This document shows, piece by piece, positions 31,626 to 41,759 of a DNA stretch of 64,000 nt. Every line of letters starts with the position of its first letter. Position 1 is the stretch's first letter. The notes beneath the pieces were generated by a model that saw only the letters and a list, made by a program, of their open reading frames with translations, did no database searches and had not been told where the DNA came from. The translations under genes were made by a program, and so were the position numbers. The stretch comes from Paramoeba atlantica (Eukaryota; Protista; Discosea), in the NCBI GenBank assembly GCA_977017575.1, contig CDRNVI010000053.1:806001-870000 (forward strand), written 5' to 3'.

Positions 31626-32106
31626 AAACCGGCTAATAATTTCACCTTTGTTCCCGGTGAGGCCCCGGAGTTGCGAGAGGCCTCCATACTCCACAACTAC
31701 CACCTTCCCCCCTATTTAGCCTCGAAATACGAAAAATAAATTTTGAAAAATGACCAAGGGCAAAGGACTACCACGTGACATATCCGCCGTCAAATTCTGG
31801 AAAGCGGATATGTCAAATGGTAGGACAAGTGAGGGTGGGGTGACGGTATAAAGGTGGGGTCACAGTATACCGTACCTATTTAAACCACTCTGGATTGTCA
31901 TACTCAGTGCACCACCCTTTTGTCATACTCAGTGCACCAAAGATACCCAAAAAATCAACCCTTCTGAAACGTCGACATTTTGTCATACTCAGTGCACCAA
32001 GAAAAAGCAATGGGCATGTCACCGCGTACGAACGTGTGTGCTACTGCTGCATAACACCTGAGATTGTAAAAGTATAAAAAAGTGCACTTAAAAGTATAAA
32101 TGTGTT

Positions 32107-32218
32107 GCGTAGTGTTAATTTGAATAATATAGTGTTAATTTGAAAAATATAGTGTTAATTTGAATAATGTAGTGTAATTTGAATAATCTGAATAATATAG
32201 CGTTATTGAATAATATAC
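32107..32218 (+). repeat. 21-bp tandem repeat TAGTGTTAATTTGAATAATA(T)
   Basis: About 5 degenerate copies inside element K. Confidence 0.75.
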
Positions 32219-32278
32219 GGTCCAACTTATCCTTCTTCTCCAACTTATCCTTCTGCTTTTAACTTGTCTTTACCTACT

Positions 32279-32700
32279 TCAAAGCAGGAATAACTCTCGA
32301 AATTTCTGAGGAATCTCCCAGTTGAGACATTTTCGAGGTCGATTATTCAGCTTGTAGGGGCGCTTTCCTCTAATGCGTAGAGCCTTGTGTACACTACCGC
32401 CTGCATCCTTATCCCGTCGGACGAAATGATAAATCGTGGAAGTAGACGGGGAACCCTGTGAACCAACGATTAATGTATGGGCCACTTGTTCTGGGCTATG
32501 AAATTTTTTGATCCGAGCTTTAACTTTTGCTTCGACGGCTCCACGAATAATCTGAGGCCTCGTCCCTTTTTTACTCAGGCGAATTCGCACGGCCAGCCAA
32601 GTAATACTTGCCCCTTTTCTTGTTTCGTACCAACTCTCGGCAAACAGTGCTGTGAGATTTTTTTATAGAACGGGCATATAAAGTGCGAGTTTCGATTAGA
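32279..32700 (-). pseudogene. IS30-family transposase N-terminal fragment (frameshifted, DDE core deleted)
   Basis: YARSIKKSHSTVCRELVRN...Y.A (HTH), then in a shifted frame HSPEQVA...STSTIYHFVRRDKDAGGSVHKALR.RGKRPY. Confidence 0.75.
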
Positions 32701-32816
32701 AAGAAAAGCTACTAATTATGATAAAATATGTACCTCTTGGTGCACTGAGTATGACAATCCTATAAATTGTGGTCCACTGAGTATGACAATTTGGTGCACT
32801 GACATTGACAATGCAC

Positions 32817-33810
32817 CCACAGTCCGGTTTAACATTCCTGTAGCCAGAACCTCGTTGTACATTTTGCTAGCCCTTCCTTTCTTTTCCAGGAAATGGGCAT
32901 ATTCTTACTTTTAAATGCCCGTTTCCGGCTGACGGCTAGCTGGAATTGTCCGTCTTTGTCGCGGAAGTAGGGGACGCGCTTCGGACTTTTCACTCCTCCC
33001 GGCTCGCTCTCTTCGAGTGAGCTTTCTTCCCTCCCCGGCTCTCTCCTTCTCGTGCTTTCTTCTCCCGGGAGCTATGCGCCATGGTGGCCTCCCTTGAGGA
33101 CCACTGGGTGTGCTACAGCGGGAGGACACGTTGTATGTGTGTATAGGGGATGCGAACTTGCACCCCTCTCTCCCTACATGCTGTAGCGAGTGCGGTGGTA
33201 ACGGACCTCTCCATGATGCATCATGATCCACGATAGACCATCTGACAGCATGAACCCACGGCTTGACCGTGTTGCAGCATGAACCATGGCTATATGTGCT
33301 GTAGCATGACCGATGGGCGACTCGTCTCCTACCTCGCACCCCACTCTCTGTGCGACACCCGTCGTATGCGGGTCATGCGCCGATGGTATCGGCCGTCACA
33401 CAGAGAGACGTATCTCTGCGCCTCGAGCGTATGATGGACAAACTAGCCAGATAACATTCCGGGGGGGAATGTTATGATGTCCCATGCGTTTTTTAACATC
33501 CCCCCCCCCGAAAAACCCCCTTGTCCCCCCGTGGCTTACAGTTTCACCCACTCTACCGACGAAGAGCCACCACGGGAGATTCTCAAGTCCTACAGAGTCC
33601 TCCAGGTTTTCGGTACGCATGTACGCTGACGGAGTACTTTAAGAAAGTTCAAGAACGCCAAGAAAGTGAAGCAAAAGAAGTCGAAGCAATGGGCGAAGAG
33701 GGAGATACTGAATAAATGAAGTTATTTTTCCGTTCAAAAAAATATCTTGAAAATTTAACATTCCTGTAGCTACTTAACATTCCTCCCCGGAATGTTAAAC
33801 CGGACTGTGG
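32817..33810. mobile_element. TIR element L (perfect 22-bp TIR) containing P copy 2
   Basis: CCACAGTCCGGTTTAACATTCC at 32817 and its exact inverse at 33789-33810; internal TAACATTCC repeats. Confidence 0.8.
32886..33419 (-). mobile_element. GC-rich structured repeat, family P (copy 2)
   Basis: Shares GCAGAGAT, ACCCGCATACGACGGGTG, GTGGTCCTCAAGGGAGGCCACC and the terminal stem-loop with 15538-16035. Confidence 0.65.
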
Positions 33811-34534
33811 TTTAGTATACCTAACTATTAGGTACTAACTAACTACTAGGTACTAACTAACTAGTATACAGAGGACTGTAGTATAGTATATAGAGGACAC
33901 TGTAGTATAGTATAGTATACTATCCTGGAACATGGTTTATTTTTTTTACATCTTGAGGCACATAGTGAGGGAGTGCAGGGCGCAAATTATTCCGCAAGCC
34001 CGCTATTTTGAGGGCTTCGGTTGGCGGCATTTGGTAGCACTGGATGGCAGTATGTAGTTCTGGGTAAATAAGTTTACACATATTCCTTAGAAAAATTGAA
34101 ATCAGTGGGATTTGGGCTAAACAAATGCCGATTTTCGGGTGAAAATGTGATCATTTTTTGGCCACCTATTTTCGCCCTTAAAGCACTAAATCTGAACTTT
34201 TCGTATTTCTTTGGAGTCTATATGGCTGCAAGTCAGTTTTCGCCATGATTGCTACCGACCCGAAGAACTATCGCATTTGGGTAGGAGGTCGATGGTTCTA
34301 CACTCGAGGAACTGCAAAGTATGGGGGCGTGACTATGGTGTATCAAATATTATGTGATCCGGGCTACTCTTTAACCCTTGTTCAAATTCATGCCGCGGAA
34401 TATGTTGTATAATGCAAGAAGTTCAATTGCTATGAGCGAGTAGACTTATCGACTATTTTCTAAAAACGGATACTTCGACTTCAGGCTACACTGCCCACTA
34501 ATATTACTGCTCCTCCTCTCATTAACTCTATCCT

Positions 34535-34639
34535 TTTTAGGCTCTTCGTTAAACGCGGTGGTTGTTTTCAACTTAGAAGTCACTCATGCTGCGCGCTTCG
34601 CGTTGAAAACTACCACCGCGTTTAACGAAGAGCCTAAAA
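34535..34639. repeat. 38-bp inverted repeat (1 mismatch), 29-nt loop
   Basis: TTTTAGGCTCTTCGTTAAACGCGGTGGT(T/A)GTTTTCAAC and its inverse. Confidence 0.85.
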
Positions 34640-35112
34640 GAGAAAGATTGGCCAGAAAAGCTGAAGAAAAACGGAAAGCCAAAAATAGCCGATTTTCTGG
34701 TAAAAATGGGGTGATTTTTGCGTATTTTTGCTCTCAGAGCACTAAATCCGACATTTGCGTGTGGGAAATCACTCGTAGGGATGAAGCAAAGCTTACCGAA
34801 CGTATTGGGTAGAGAATGCGACTCCAACCACACCATTCTTTCGACACAAAAAGGCCCCTTGGGGTCCGAAAAATACTTTTTCAACTTTTTTAGTCAAAAA
34901 TGGGTCATTTTGAGTGGCGCACCACGGCTCGAACAATGGATATCTTGCGAAAACAACGGTGTGGAAAGCTACTGTAGTATAGGGCCCAAACTATAAAAAT
35001 ACAATAGGGCAAAGGATTTTGAAAAAACAATGCCATTTATTTATGAAAGGGCGAGCAATATCCGAGTAAATCCGCCCCCCCCCCTTTACATATCGACAAA
35101 GAGAAGTTGTTA

Positions 35113-35396
35113 CACCCCCTCTCACAAATAATGATAATAATATTTTTTCTTAGATTATCATTACATGTATTATTTATGAGCGTAATAAGGGGAGATCAGG
35201 AATAACATACATCTGTGTAGTATGATACTTTGTCTACGAAGGGAAAAAACAAGACAGGATTAAAGAGATCACAGAAAACTCTCGACCTGACATGGAGGAG
35301 TTACGATACAATTTTTTTTTTTTAATTTTTGAGTAATTTTCACAGTCCGAGGTGAAAATCTTTTTTTTCAATTATCATTATAAATGAAAGGGGGTG
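35113..35396. mobile_element. 284-bp TA-flanked MITE (family N)
   Basis: TA|CACCCCCTCTCACAAATAATGATAAT ... ATTATCATTATAAATGAAAGGGGGTG|TA. Confidence 0.75.
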
Positions 35397-35791
35397 TAGT
35401 AGAGGGGCCGCAAGAACACTAAATTAGGTCAAAAGAGACATTTTTCCTCCAAAAGTTAATCATCAAGTTTTTTAACTGGAAAAGTCATTTTTCATCTAAA
35501 GAACAAGAAAAGAAATATATAAGATCTCTCTCATCTTGTTAAATACGTTAAGGAGAAGCGCAGGTTGTTAAGTGTTCATTACCGTGCGTGGTATTATTAC
35601 GGGACGGTTCAATTACGGGACGGTTCAATTACGTGACGGATAATTAAGCGACAATATGGGGGTGGGGTCATCCACCCCCATATTGAGGGGTGGAGCCAAA
35701 TTACAGTTCCCTCATTGAGATGGAGCAAAAGTACAGTTTCCTCAGGGCGTTCCCTTTTTTTGTTTAAGGCCTGGCAACAAGGTGAATTTTT

Positions 35792-35926
35792 AGCCCCCTT
35801 TTATATTTTTTTCTTCCACTATAAATTTATTACTGTATTTTCTTTTTTTTTCTTTATTTTCACTGTTTTTGTTCACTTTGTTTTCAATAATCGAGGGAAG
35901 AGCGGTAGTTATACAAACACCGCAAT
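35792..35926 (+). repeat. Solo end of family F
   Basis: Matches about 21460-21582, ending GCGGTAGTTATACAAACACCGCAAT. Confidence 0.75.
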
Positions 35927-35981
35927 CATTTTTATATTCGTCTTTACAATTATACAAATTTTCTTTTTTTAGCAACCTAAG

Positions 35982-38102
35982 ATGGAAAATTCTCAAGTTG
36001 CGCTGTGCTACAGTCTGCTCGTCGACGAGCCAATACAGTTTCGGTCCGGAATTATCGGTGAGGAAGAGCAAAATAAGGATCTTATTGCTTCTTTGCCCTG
36101 TCTAAACAATTTACTACCTATTGGCACACGCTTCAATCTTCCAAAGCAGTTGGGCCTTGGTACAGAAATGCACCCGAACGATACGAGTCTCGATGCTGAA
36201 GACAAGAAAAGAACACACTCCGTTGATTCTGATCTGTGTCTACCTGAGGACATTGGCACAAGCATCGATCCTGACGCGAAAGATAGACGGGCGGCTGATT
36301 TTACTTTTCATGAAGAAAACTCTATTCATAGCCCGATTTTAAAGCGAATCGTAGAACAGATTCCGACTCCGAAATTCGAGCTTGTACCAATCAATATTGT
36401 TGAGGATTGGATGTTGCGACAAGGTTCTGATTCGAATATTATCTGGCAAACAGGTCTACAAAATCAGGGCAACACATGTTTTCTCAATAGTATACTGCAA
36501 TGCTTGGTCCATCTTTATCCTTTTCGGCGCAGTCTACAGTGGTGGGCAGACAAAACTAAAGCAAAAATTAGCGTCAATTCCGCTGACAAGGCATTTCAAT
36601 CGTTCAGCGTCAGTAGAGAATTATGTATCCTTACGAAGCAGTTGACTGAGTCAAATAAAGGCAGCCTTCCCCCATCGGCTTTTGTTCGTCACTTGCGCTC
36701 CGTTTGTCGAACAATGCACTTGGGTAATCAAGAAGATAGTCACGAATATCTACTTGGACTTTTGCAAGGACTGGAAAAGGAACAAGTGGGATCTAAAACA
36801 CTTGACAGCGGATCTTTACAGACCACTGTAGTGCGTCGACTATTCGGCGGATGGATGCAAAGTCGTGTGAGATTTCGTGATGGTGTTTCCGACACATATG
36901 AGTCAAGTACTGTGCTAAGTCTTGAAGTAGTGGGTCACACTTTGCAAGAATGCCTCACACATTATACTCGAGAGGAATTTCTGGGTCACAATGTTTACAA
37001 AACAGTTAAAGGCAATATGGTTTCCGCCACACGACAGTTTTCATTTGTTTTTCCTCCACGGATTCTTATTCTACACTTCAAGCGATTCAGCGGGCGTGGA
37101 AAAATTAATCGATCGATATCTTTTCCTGACCTATTCGAAATGGTGCCTTCATCACAGCGTAATAGTTACGTTTTTTCTTTCCCAGAAGAGAAGAGTCGCA
37201 TGCCTAGCAAAACAGATCAAAAATTGATACATAATGTCAAGTATACGCTGTTCGCGGTGAATGTACATCAAGGGCATGGGATGACCTGCGGACACTACTA
37301 TAGTTATTGTCGAGGAGACTCTCGTCAGGCTTTATGGTACTGTTGCAATGATAGCTCAGTAAGAGTTGTTTCTTCAAATGAAGTTCTAAAGAGTCCGGCA
37401 TACATATTGTTTTACATTCAAGACCCCCCTTATATTTGTTCTAGCACATCTGCTTCCAAAACCATTAGTCAAACTGGTCAGGAATTCCTATTAAAGCATT
37501 CTTCTCATCACACAGAATGTGGTGAACTGTTTCGTAAGACACTTGATAAAAGTTCTGCGAGGGGTAGTAGAATAACTTGCCCAGATTTAAAAACAGAAAA
37601 TAATGCGCATCCTTCTGGTTCGCATATACGTAAATCAATAGAATCTGAAATAGATGATTCATCGGCCTTTGCGTTTGCTTCTCCAAGTAAAGTATGTACC
37701 GGTGAGCACGTTTTAGAAAACCTAAAACCAGGCAACATGAATTCTAAGGGGGGAAATATTGATTCCACTCATGCCAAAAAAACGAAATCTGTTCCCTTTA
37801 AAATGCTTGCGGAAACACATCGTAACATCCTTCTTTCTCGGTTAAATTATCAGGATCAAACGATATCTAATAATGAAAATTTGAACGCACAGACGCAAAA
37901 TCTCTACTCGTTGCCTCCACAAGAGCGAATAGGTAAAGAGTCTTCTGATCCGGAGTGGGACGCAGCATTAGACTTGGGTAAGCGAAGAAAACGGAAGGGT
38001 TTAAAGCCATTTAAAAGAGACTTCAAGCGCAACATTTTTCAGTTGCAAGCCGAAAAGTTGTACTTCAAAAGAGAGAAACATAATACTACACGACATTCTT
38101 AA
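35982..38102 (+). CDS. Ubiquitin-specific protease (USP36/42/Ubp10-like)
   Basis: Cys box GLQNQGNTCFLNSILQCL, QEDSHEY, His box VHQG...GHYYSY, basic C-terminus WDAALDLGKRRK. Confidence 0.93.
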   Translation: MENSQVALCYSLLVDEPIQFRSGIIGEEEQNKDLIASLPCLNNLLPIGTRFNLPKQLGLGTEMHPNDTSLDAEDKKRTHSVDSDLCLPEDIGTSIDPDAKDRRAADFTFHEENSIHSPILKRIVEQIPTPKFELVPINIVEDWMLRQGSDSNIIWQTGLQNQGNTCFLNSILQCLVHLYPFRRSLQWWADKTKAKISVNSADKAFQSFSVSRELCILTKQLTESNKGSLPPSAFVRHLRSVCRTMHLGNQEDSHEYLLGLLQGLEKEQVGSKTLDSGSLQTTVVRRLFGGWMQSRVRFRDGVSDTYESSTVLSLEVVGHTLQECLTHYTREEFLGHNVYKTVKGNMVSATRQFSFVFPPRILILHFKRFSGRGKINRSISFPDLFEMVPSSQRNSYVFSFPEEKSRMPSKTDQKLIHNVKYTLFAVNVHQGHGMTCGHYYSYCRGDSRQALWYCCNDSSVRVVSSNEVLKSPAYILFYIQDPPYICSSTSASKTISQTGQEFLLKHSSHHTECGELFRKTLDKSSARGSRITCPDLKTENNAHPSGSHIRKSIESEIDDSSAFAFASPSKVCTGEHVLENLKPGNMNSKGGNIDSTHAKKTKSVPFKMLAETHRNILLSRLNYQDQTISNNENLNAQTQNLYSLPPQERIGKESSDPEWDAALDLGKRRKRKGLKPFKRDFKRNIFQLQAEKLYFKREKHNTTRHS

Positions 38103-38109
38103 ATAATTT

Positions 38110-38520
38110 TATCCTACTATTGGGCTTCTCTATTTCAATAAGCCTCGTCAACCTGACAACGCGAGTAATACGCGGGAGTTCCGATACTTCATGTACCGAT
38201 AAACTGCATCTAAGAGCTCCAGTTTCCACATAAAAGCAGTTTTCCAGTCAACTTCGCATTGCGAAGCAATTGAGCTCATTGGATCACCTTGACACAGTTT
38301 TACTCAAAAAGAGAATTTCTGCTTTCCATTCTTTTTTTGCAAGACATGTAGGGGTATAGCAATGATAAACGTTTTCGACAACTCCCCTTCTTCCAACGTT
38401 TCCTGCAAATATTTTCAAAGTGTTTCGCTGTACACCATGTACCCCCATTTCTTTTGTAAGTATTACTTGAACGTCAACTCGATGCCACTTCTTTTCATCA
38501 CTCCAAAAAAATGGTCCTCT
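38110..38520 (-). pseudogene. Highly decayed Merlin/IS1595-like transposase N-terminal relic
   Basis: Across frames: MSSIASQCEVDWKTAFMWKLELLDAV (compare MDSIASQSCVTQNTVFKRKREILGWI at 60.7 kb) and CQVDEAY (first catalytic D motif). Confidence 0.5.
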
Positions 38521-38664
38521 TTTTATACCTCGTAATATTCATGTACCCTCTTAGTATTCCTACCAGGAATATTAACCCGAACAGTGGTTTAGTAAAAATT
38601 AAAAACAAATGTCTTTTAAACCACTTATAATAGAACTTCATTATCGTTATCTCCTTCAGATCCA

Positions 38665-39000
38665 ATGACAAAGAGTTCTCACGGCACCATGGTTGATACT
38701 GATCTTGATCGCTTAAACTCCAATTTTGTCGGTGCAAATATTGTTTCTCACGCGGATGTGGATATCTCAGATGTCGCATCAGCTGTGCGTAAATTTCACG
38801 ACCTAAACCAAAAGAAAAGGGAAATGGAAAATTTTCGACAGAAACGCTTATCTAAGGTTGATCTTACAGGAAAAGATCACATCGTAAAAGAACTCAGCTC
38901 TGAATTGGGCATAACCCGCAAGGAAGCAGAACAAATTCTACGTGAAAATGATGGCGACCTCGCCAAATGTATTCAAAACATATTGGGCATTAATATTTGA
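38665..39000 (+). CDS. HYPK: HYPK-like protein (UBA-like C-terminus)
   Basis: DLDRL, coiled coil, then VKELSSELGITRKEAEQILRENDGDLAKCI. Confidence 0.75.
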   Translation: MTKSSHGTMVDTDLDRLNSNFVGANIVSHADVDISDVASAVRKFHDLNQKKREMENFRQKRLSKVDLTGKDHIVKELSSELGITRKEAEQILRENDGDLAKCIQNILGINI

Positions 39001-39064
39001 GACAACGCTGTTTTTTTACGCACCCCCGTACTTGGCAAGACCAGTGTTAAACGTAGTCCTCTTA

Positions 39065-39361
39065 CCGTATACCCCCCCCAGTAAGGTACCCCCCCAGTAA
39101 GAGAGATTTGGCCCTTTTTGGGCTGACCCCAAGTAAGAGAGATCTGGCTTGGGAGCCCCACAGGATGCGTATAGGGCGTACGGGGTGAGTGTCCGCATGT
39201 CGGGGGCCTCGAGGGTAACCCTAATAAGCGTTTTAACACGTTTTCAGAGGAAAAAATAGGAAAACTTGTCAAAAAAGTTGGGAGAAAAGAGAAAAAACCC
39301 CCAGTAAGAGAGATTTGGCCATTTTGACCCAAAACCCATTCTCTTACTGGGGGGTATACGG
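39065..39361. mobile_element. 297-bp TA-flanked MITE, family B (CCGT-start, pogo/Tc1-like ends)
   Basis: TA|CCGTATACCCCCCCCAGTAAG ... CTTACTGGGGGGTATACGG|TA; internal direct repeat CCAGTAAGAGAGATTTGGCC at 39094 and 39301. Confidence 0.9.
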
Positions 39362-39494
39362 TAGTATTTTATTATAAAGCTATTCATGCAAAATGTAAGG
39401 GGGCGACTATTCGTGTCCCTAGCTATTAGGTTAATTGGCTATTAGGTTCCTTAATTTGACGCATACTTAGTGAAATTTTTTTCTAACTATTAAT

Positions 39495-41234
39495 ATGGGA
39501 AAGCCGGGAAAAAAAGCTGGCAATCGTCTTGGTCCGTCTACGGATCCGAACCGCACTGCAGTACACATTGTCGGCCGCACGGATCTGCGTTCCCAAAGAA
39601 AAGTTCGTGTGCTAAAAATGTACAAATCTAAAATTACGAGAGACAGTCAAACGGGACGAATTTTAACGGGTAGCGTCTTATCTGCATCTGAACGTGTGCC
39701 ACAAAGCGTGGCACGAATAGCACCAGACCGTCGCTGGTTTGGAAACACTCGTGTTATAGGTTCGCATGCACTACAAGCCGCACGAGGAGAGATGCACGAG
39801 AGGCAAAGTGATCCATACTCTATCGTTCTTCGTCATAGCAAGCTTCCTTTAAGTTTGCTTCAAAAGGAACAAACAGGCAAGATGAAAAATGCTACAAAAT
39901 TTGAAAAAACAAGTACGGCAACTCAGAATGCGGCAGCAGCTGGATCTTCCTTGCAAAGTAAAACGCCTATGCGCTTCGTTGACACGTTTGGTACTAAGTC
40001 CCGTCGAAAAAGGGTAAGCCTTTCATCAGTTAGCATAGAACAGTTCCGCGACGAGGCTCAAACTCGTATGACTTCCTATAACGAATCATCCGTACATGCA
40101 ATTGGTACAAATGATGAAAATATGAATCACGTAAGCGCTCATTTATTTGGGAACGTTGAACATGGTCAGAACACCTCTTCCCTGCGAGTTTTTGAGAAAG
40201 GTCAAAGCAGTCGGTGTTGGGGTGAAACTCATAAAGTTATTGACAGCTCCGACGTTATACTCTATGTCCTTGATGCTCGAGATCCAATGGGCACTCGCTC
40301 ACCTTTTTTAGAATCCTATCTTCGTCGGGAGAAAGTGCATAAGCATCTCGTTTTGATTCTTAATAAATGCGACTTGGTTCCTTCATGGGCTGTTGCACGG
40401 TGGCTTCAAATTTTATCTAAAGAGTACCCAACACTTGCGTTGCACAGCTCACCGACTCATCCCTTTGGAAAAGGAAATCTAATTAACCTCTTACGTCAAT
40501 TTTCTCGATTGCATAATGTGACTCATGGCTCTAAAGCTATTAACAACGCAACGGGCAATAAAGCGTCTAGAAGCCATAAAACTAATCGTTCCCGTAATCC
40601 TATAAGCGTAGGAATTCTTGGATATCCTAATGTCGGTAAAAGTTCTCTCATAAATACATTGCGAAGAAAAAAGGTATGTAAGGTGGCACCCATTCCTGGA
40701 GAGACGAAAGTATGGCAATATGTCATGCTTACTCGGAGCATTTATCTTATTGATTGTCCGGGGGTAGTTTATGACAAGGAGTCAAACAGCGAGGTTCAAA
40801 GCGTTTTAAAGGGTGTTGTACGAGTGGAACGGCTCGCCGGCGTTTGCAAAACAAGTATGATTGATACTGTTCTGAAAATAGTAAAACATACCGACCTACG
40901 TTCTCGATACAAGCTCGACTCTTTCTGTGAAGGTAAATGGGGAAGTAATGCAGACTTCTTTCTTACTTGTGTGGCGAATGTCAGAGGGAAGCTTCTTCCC
41001 GGTGGTCTTCCCGATACGGAAGCTGCGGCACGTATAGTATTGTATGACTGGCAACGTGGCCAACTCCCATGGTTCAGTGCCCCTCCATTTTCTTCGAATC
41101 AAAAATGTCGCGAGGCTCAGGACGTCCCAGAAGCACAATGTTTAAAATGGATAGAAAATTACGCTTCTTTTAATATAGTAGATCAACACCTCGTGAACGC
41201 ATTGAATGAGAAGGACGAAATTTTTGGTTCCTAG
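39495..41234 (+). CDS. NOG2: Nucleolar GTPase Nog2/GNL2 (circularly permuted)
   Basis: RIAPDRRWFGNTRVI (NGP1NT), NKCD (G4), GYPNVGKSS (G1), DCPG (G3). Confidence 0.96.
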   Translation: MGKPGKKAGNRLGPSTDPNRTAVHIVGRTDLRSQRKVRVLKMYKSKITRDSQTGRILTGSVLSASERVPQSVARIAPDRRWFGNTRVIGSHALQAARGEMHERQSDPYSIVLRHSKLPLSLLQKEQTGKMKNATKFEKTSTATQNAAAAGSSLQSKTPMRFVDTFGTKSRRKRVSLSSVSIEQFRDEAQTRMTSYNESSVHAIGTNDENMNHVSAHLFGNVEHGQNTSSLRVFEKGQSSRCWGETHKVIDSSDVILYVLDARDPMGTRSPFLESYLRREKVHKHLVLILNKCDLVPSWAVARWLQILSKEYPTLALHSSPTHPFGKGNLINLLRQFSRLHNVTHGSKAINNATGNKASRSHKTNRSRNPISVGILGYPNVGKSSLINTLRRKKVCKVAPIPGETKVWQYVMLTRSIYLIDCPGVVYDKESNSEVQSVLKGVVRVERLAGVCKTSMIDTVLKIVKHTDLRSRYKLDSFCEGKWGSNADFFLTCVANVRGKLLPGGLPDTEAAARIVLYDWQRGQLPWFSAPPFSSNQKCREAQDVPEAQCLKWIENYASFNIVDQHLVNALNEKDEIFGS

Positions 41235-41759
41235 GGGCTTTGTTCTGTGCGAAGATAAACTGTTCGGATTGTTTCTGCTATCAGAATATAGTTTAAATCG
41301 AAATACATGCAAATTAGGGTTTTGTAATTATCTGTATTGCACATGCCATGTTATGATCTACACGTATTTTCGATCTCTGTTTTTATCCGTCTACCTTTAC
41401 ATGTGCGTAGAGATTTGATAGTCATTTATTCAAGAATATTTGATTATGTAGATTCTGTTTTCTGTAATTCTATTTATAAACATTTTGTTTACATATTCTT
41501 GTCCCTTTTTTATCCTTTTTGTGTTCTTCTGTACTCTTCAGAAGAAAAGTGTCGTTCAAAATACATGTATATCGGTGTTTGTCGTGGACATTTTCAGTTT
41601 CTTCTATGAAATTTTGGGGACGCTACTCGTGCATACAGTATGTATGCACACATACAGTATGTATATACAGTATGTATGTACACATAATACATACAGTTAT
41701 ACGTGTACATGTAATCTAGATAACTTGCATTCGTAAAAGAGAGTTTTAGAAAGTAATTC

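Larger units (their letters stand above)
27245..31865. mobile_element. 4.6-kb TA-flanked composite element, family J
   Basis: TA|CTGTGACCCC.CCTTTATAC...CGTCACCCC.CCCTCACTTGTCC matches the inverted GGACAAGTGAGGGTGGGGTGACGGTATAAAGGTGGGGTCACAG|TA. Confidence 0.75.
31896..32810 (-). mobile_element. IS30-like element relic (family K) with triple-motif inverted ends
   Basis: TGTCATACTCAGTGCACCA x3 at the left and its inverse x3 at the right; internal IS30-type HTH and SPEQ/TIY motifs. Confidence 0.75.

Noticed and set aside
32668-32681. AACGGGCATATAA shared with the family P terminal stem (15997-16009)
   Set aside because: Lies within the IS30 HTH coding sequence (Tyr-Ala-Arg); a single 13-mer is plausibly chance.
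34220-34530. Short broken + strand frame (MIATDPKNYRIWVGGRWF...)
   Set aside because: Under 60 aa before a stop; no family recognised.
14993-35926. TnpB/Fanzor or IscB cargo in the transposon nests
   Set aside because: No RuvC-I/II/III or Zn-finger-DRDxNA motifs seen in the provided ORFs or the frames read manually.
41620-41715. CATACAGTATGTAT-type low-complexity repeat (similar at 55330-55460 and 33815-33925)
   Set aside because: Ordinary intergenic or UTR microsatellite-like sequence with no further structure.
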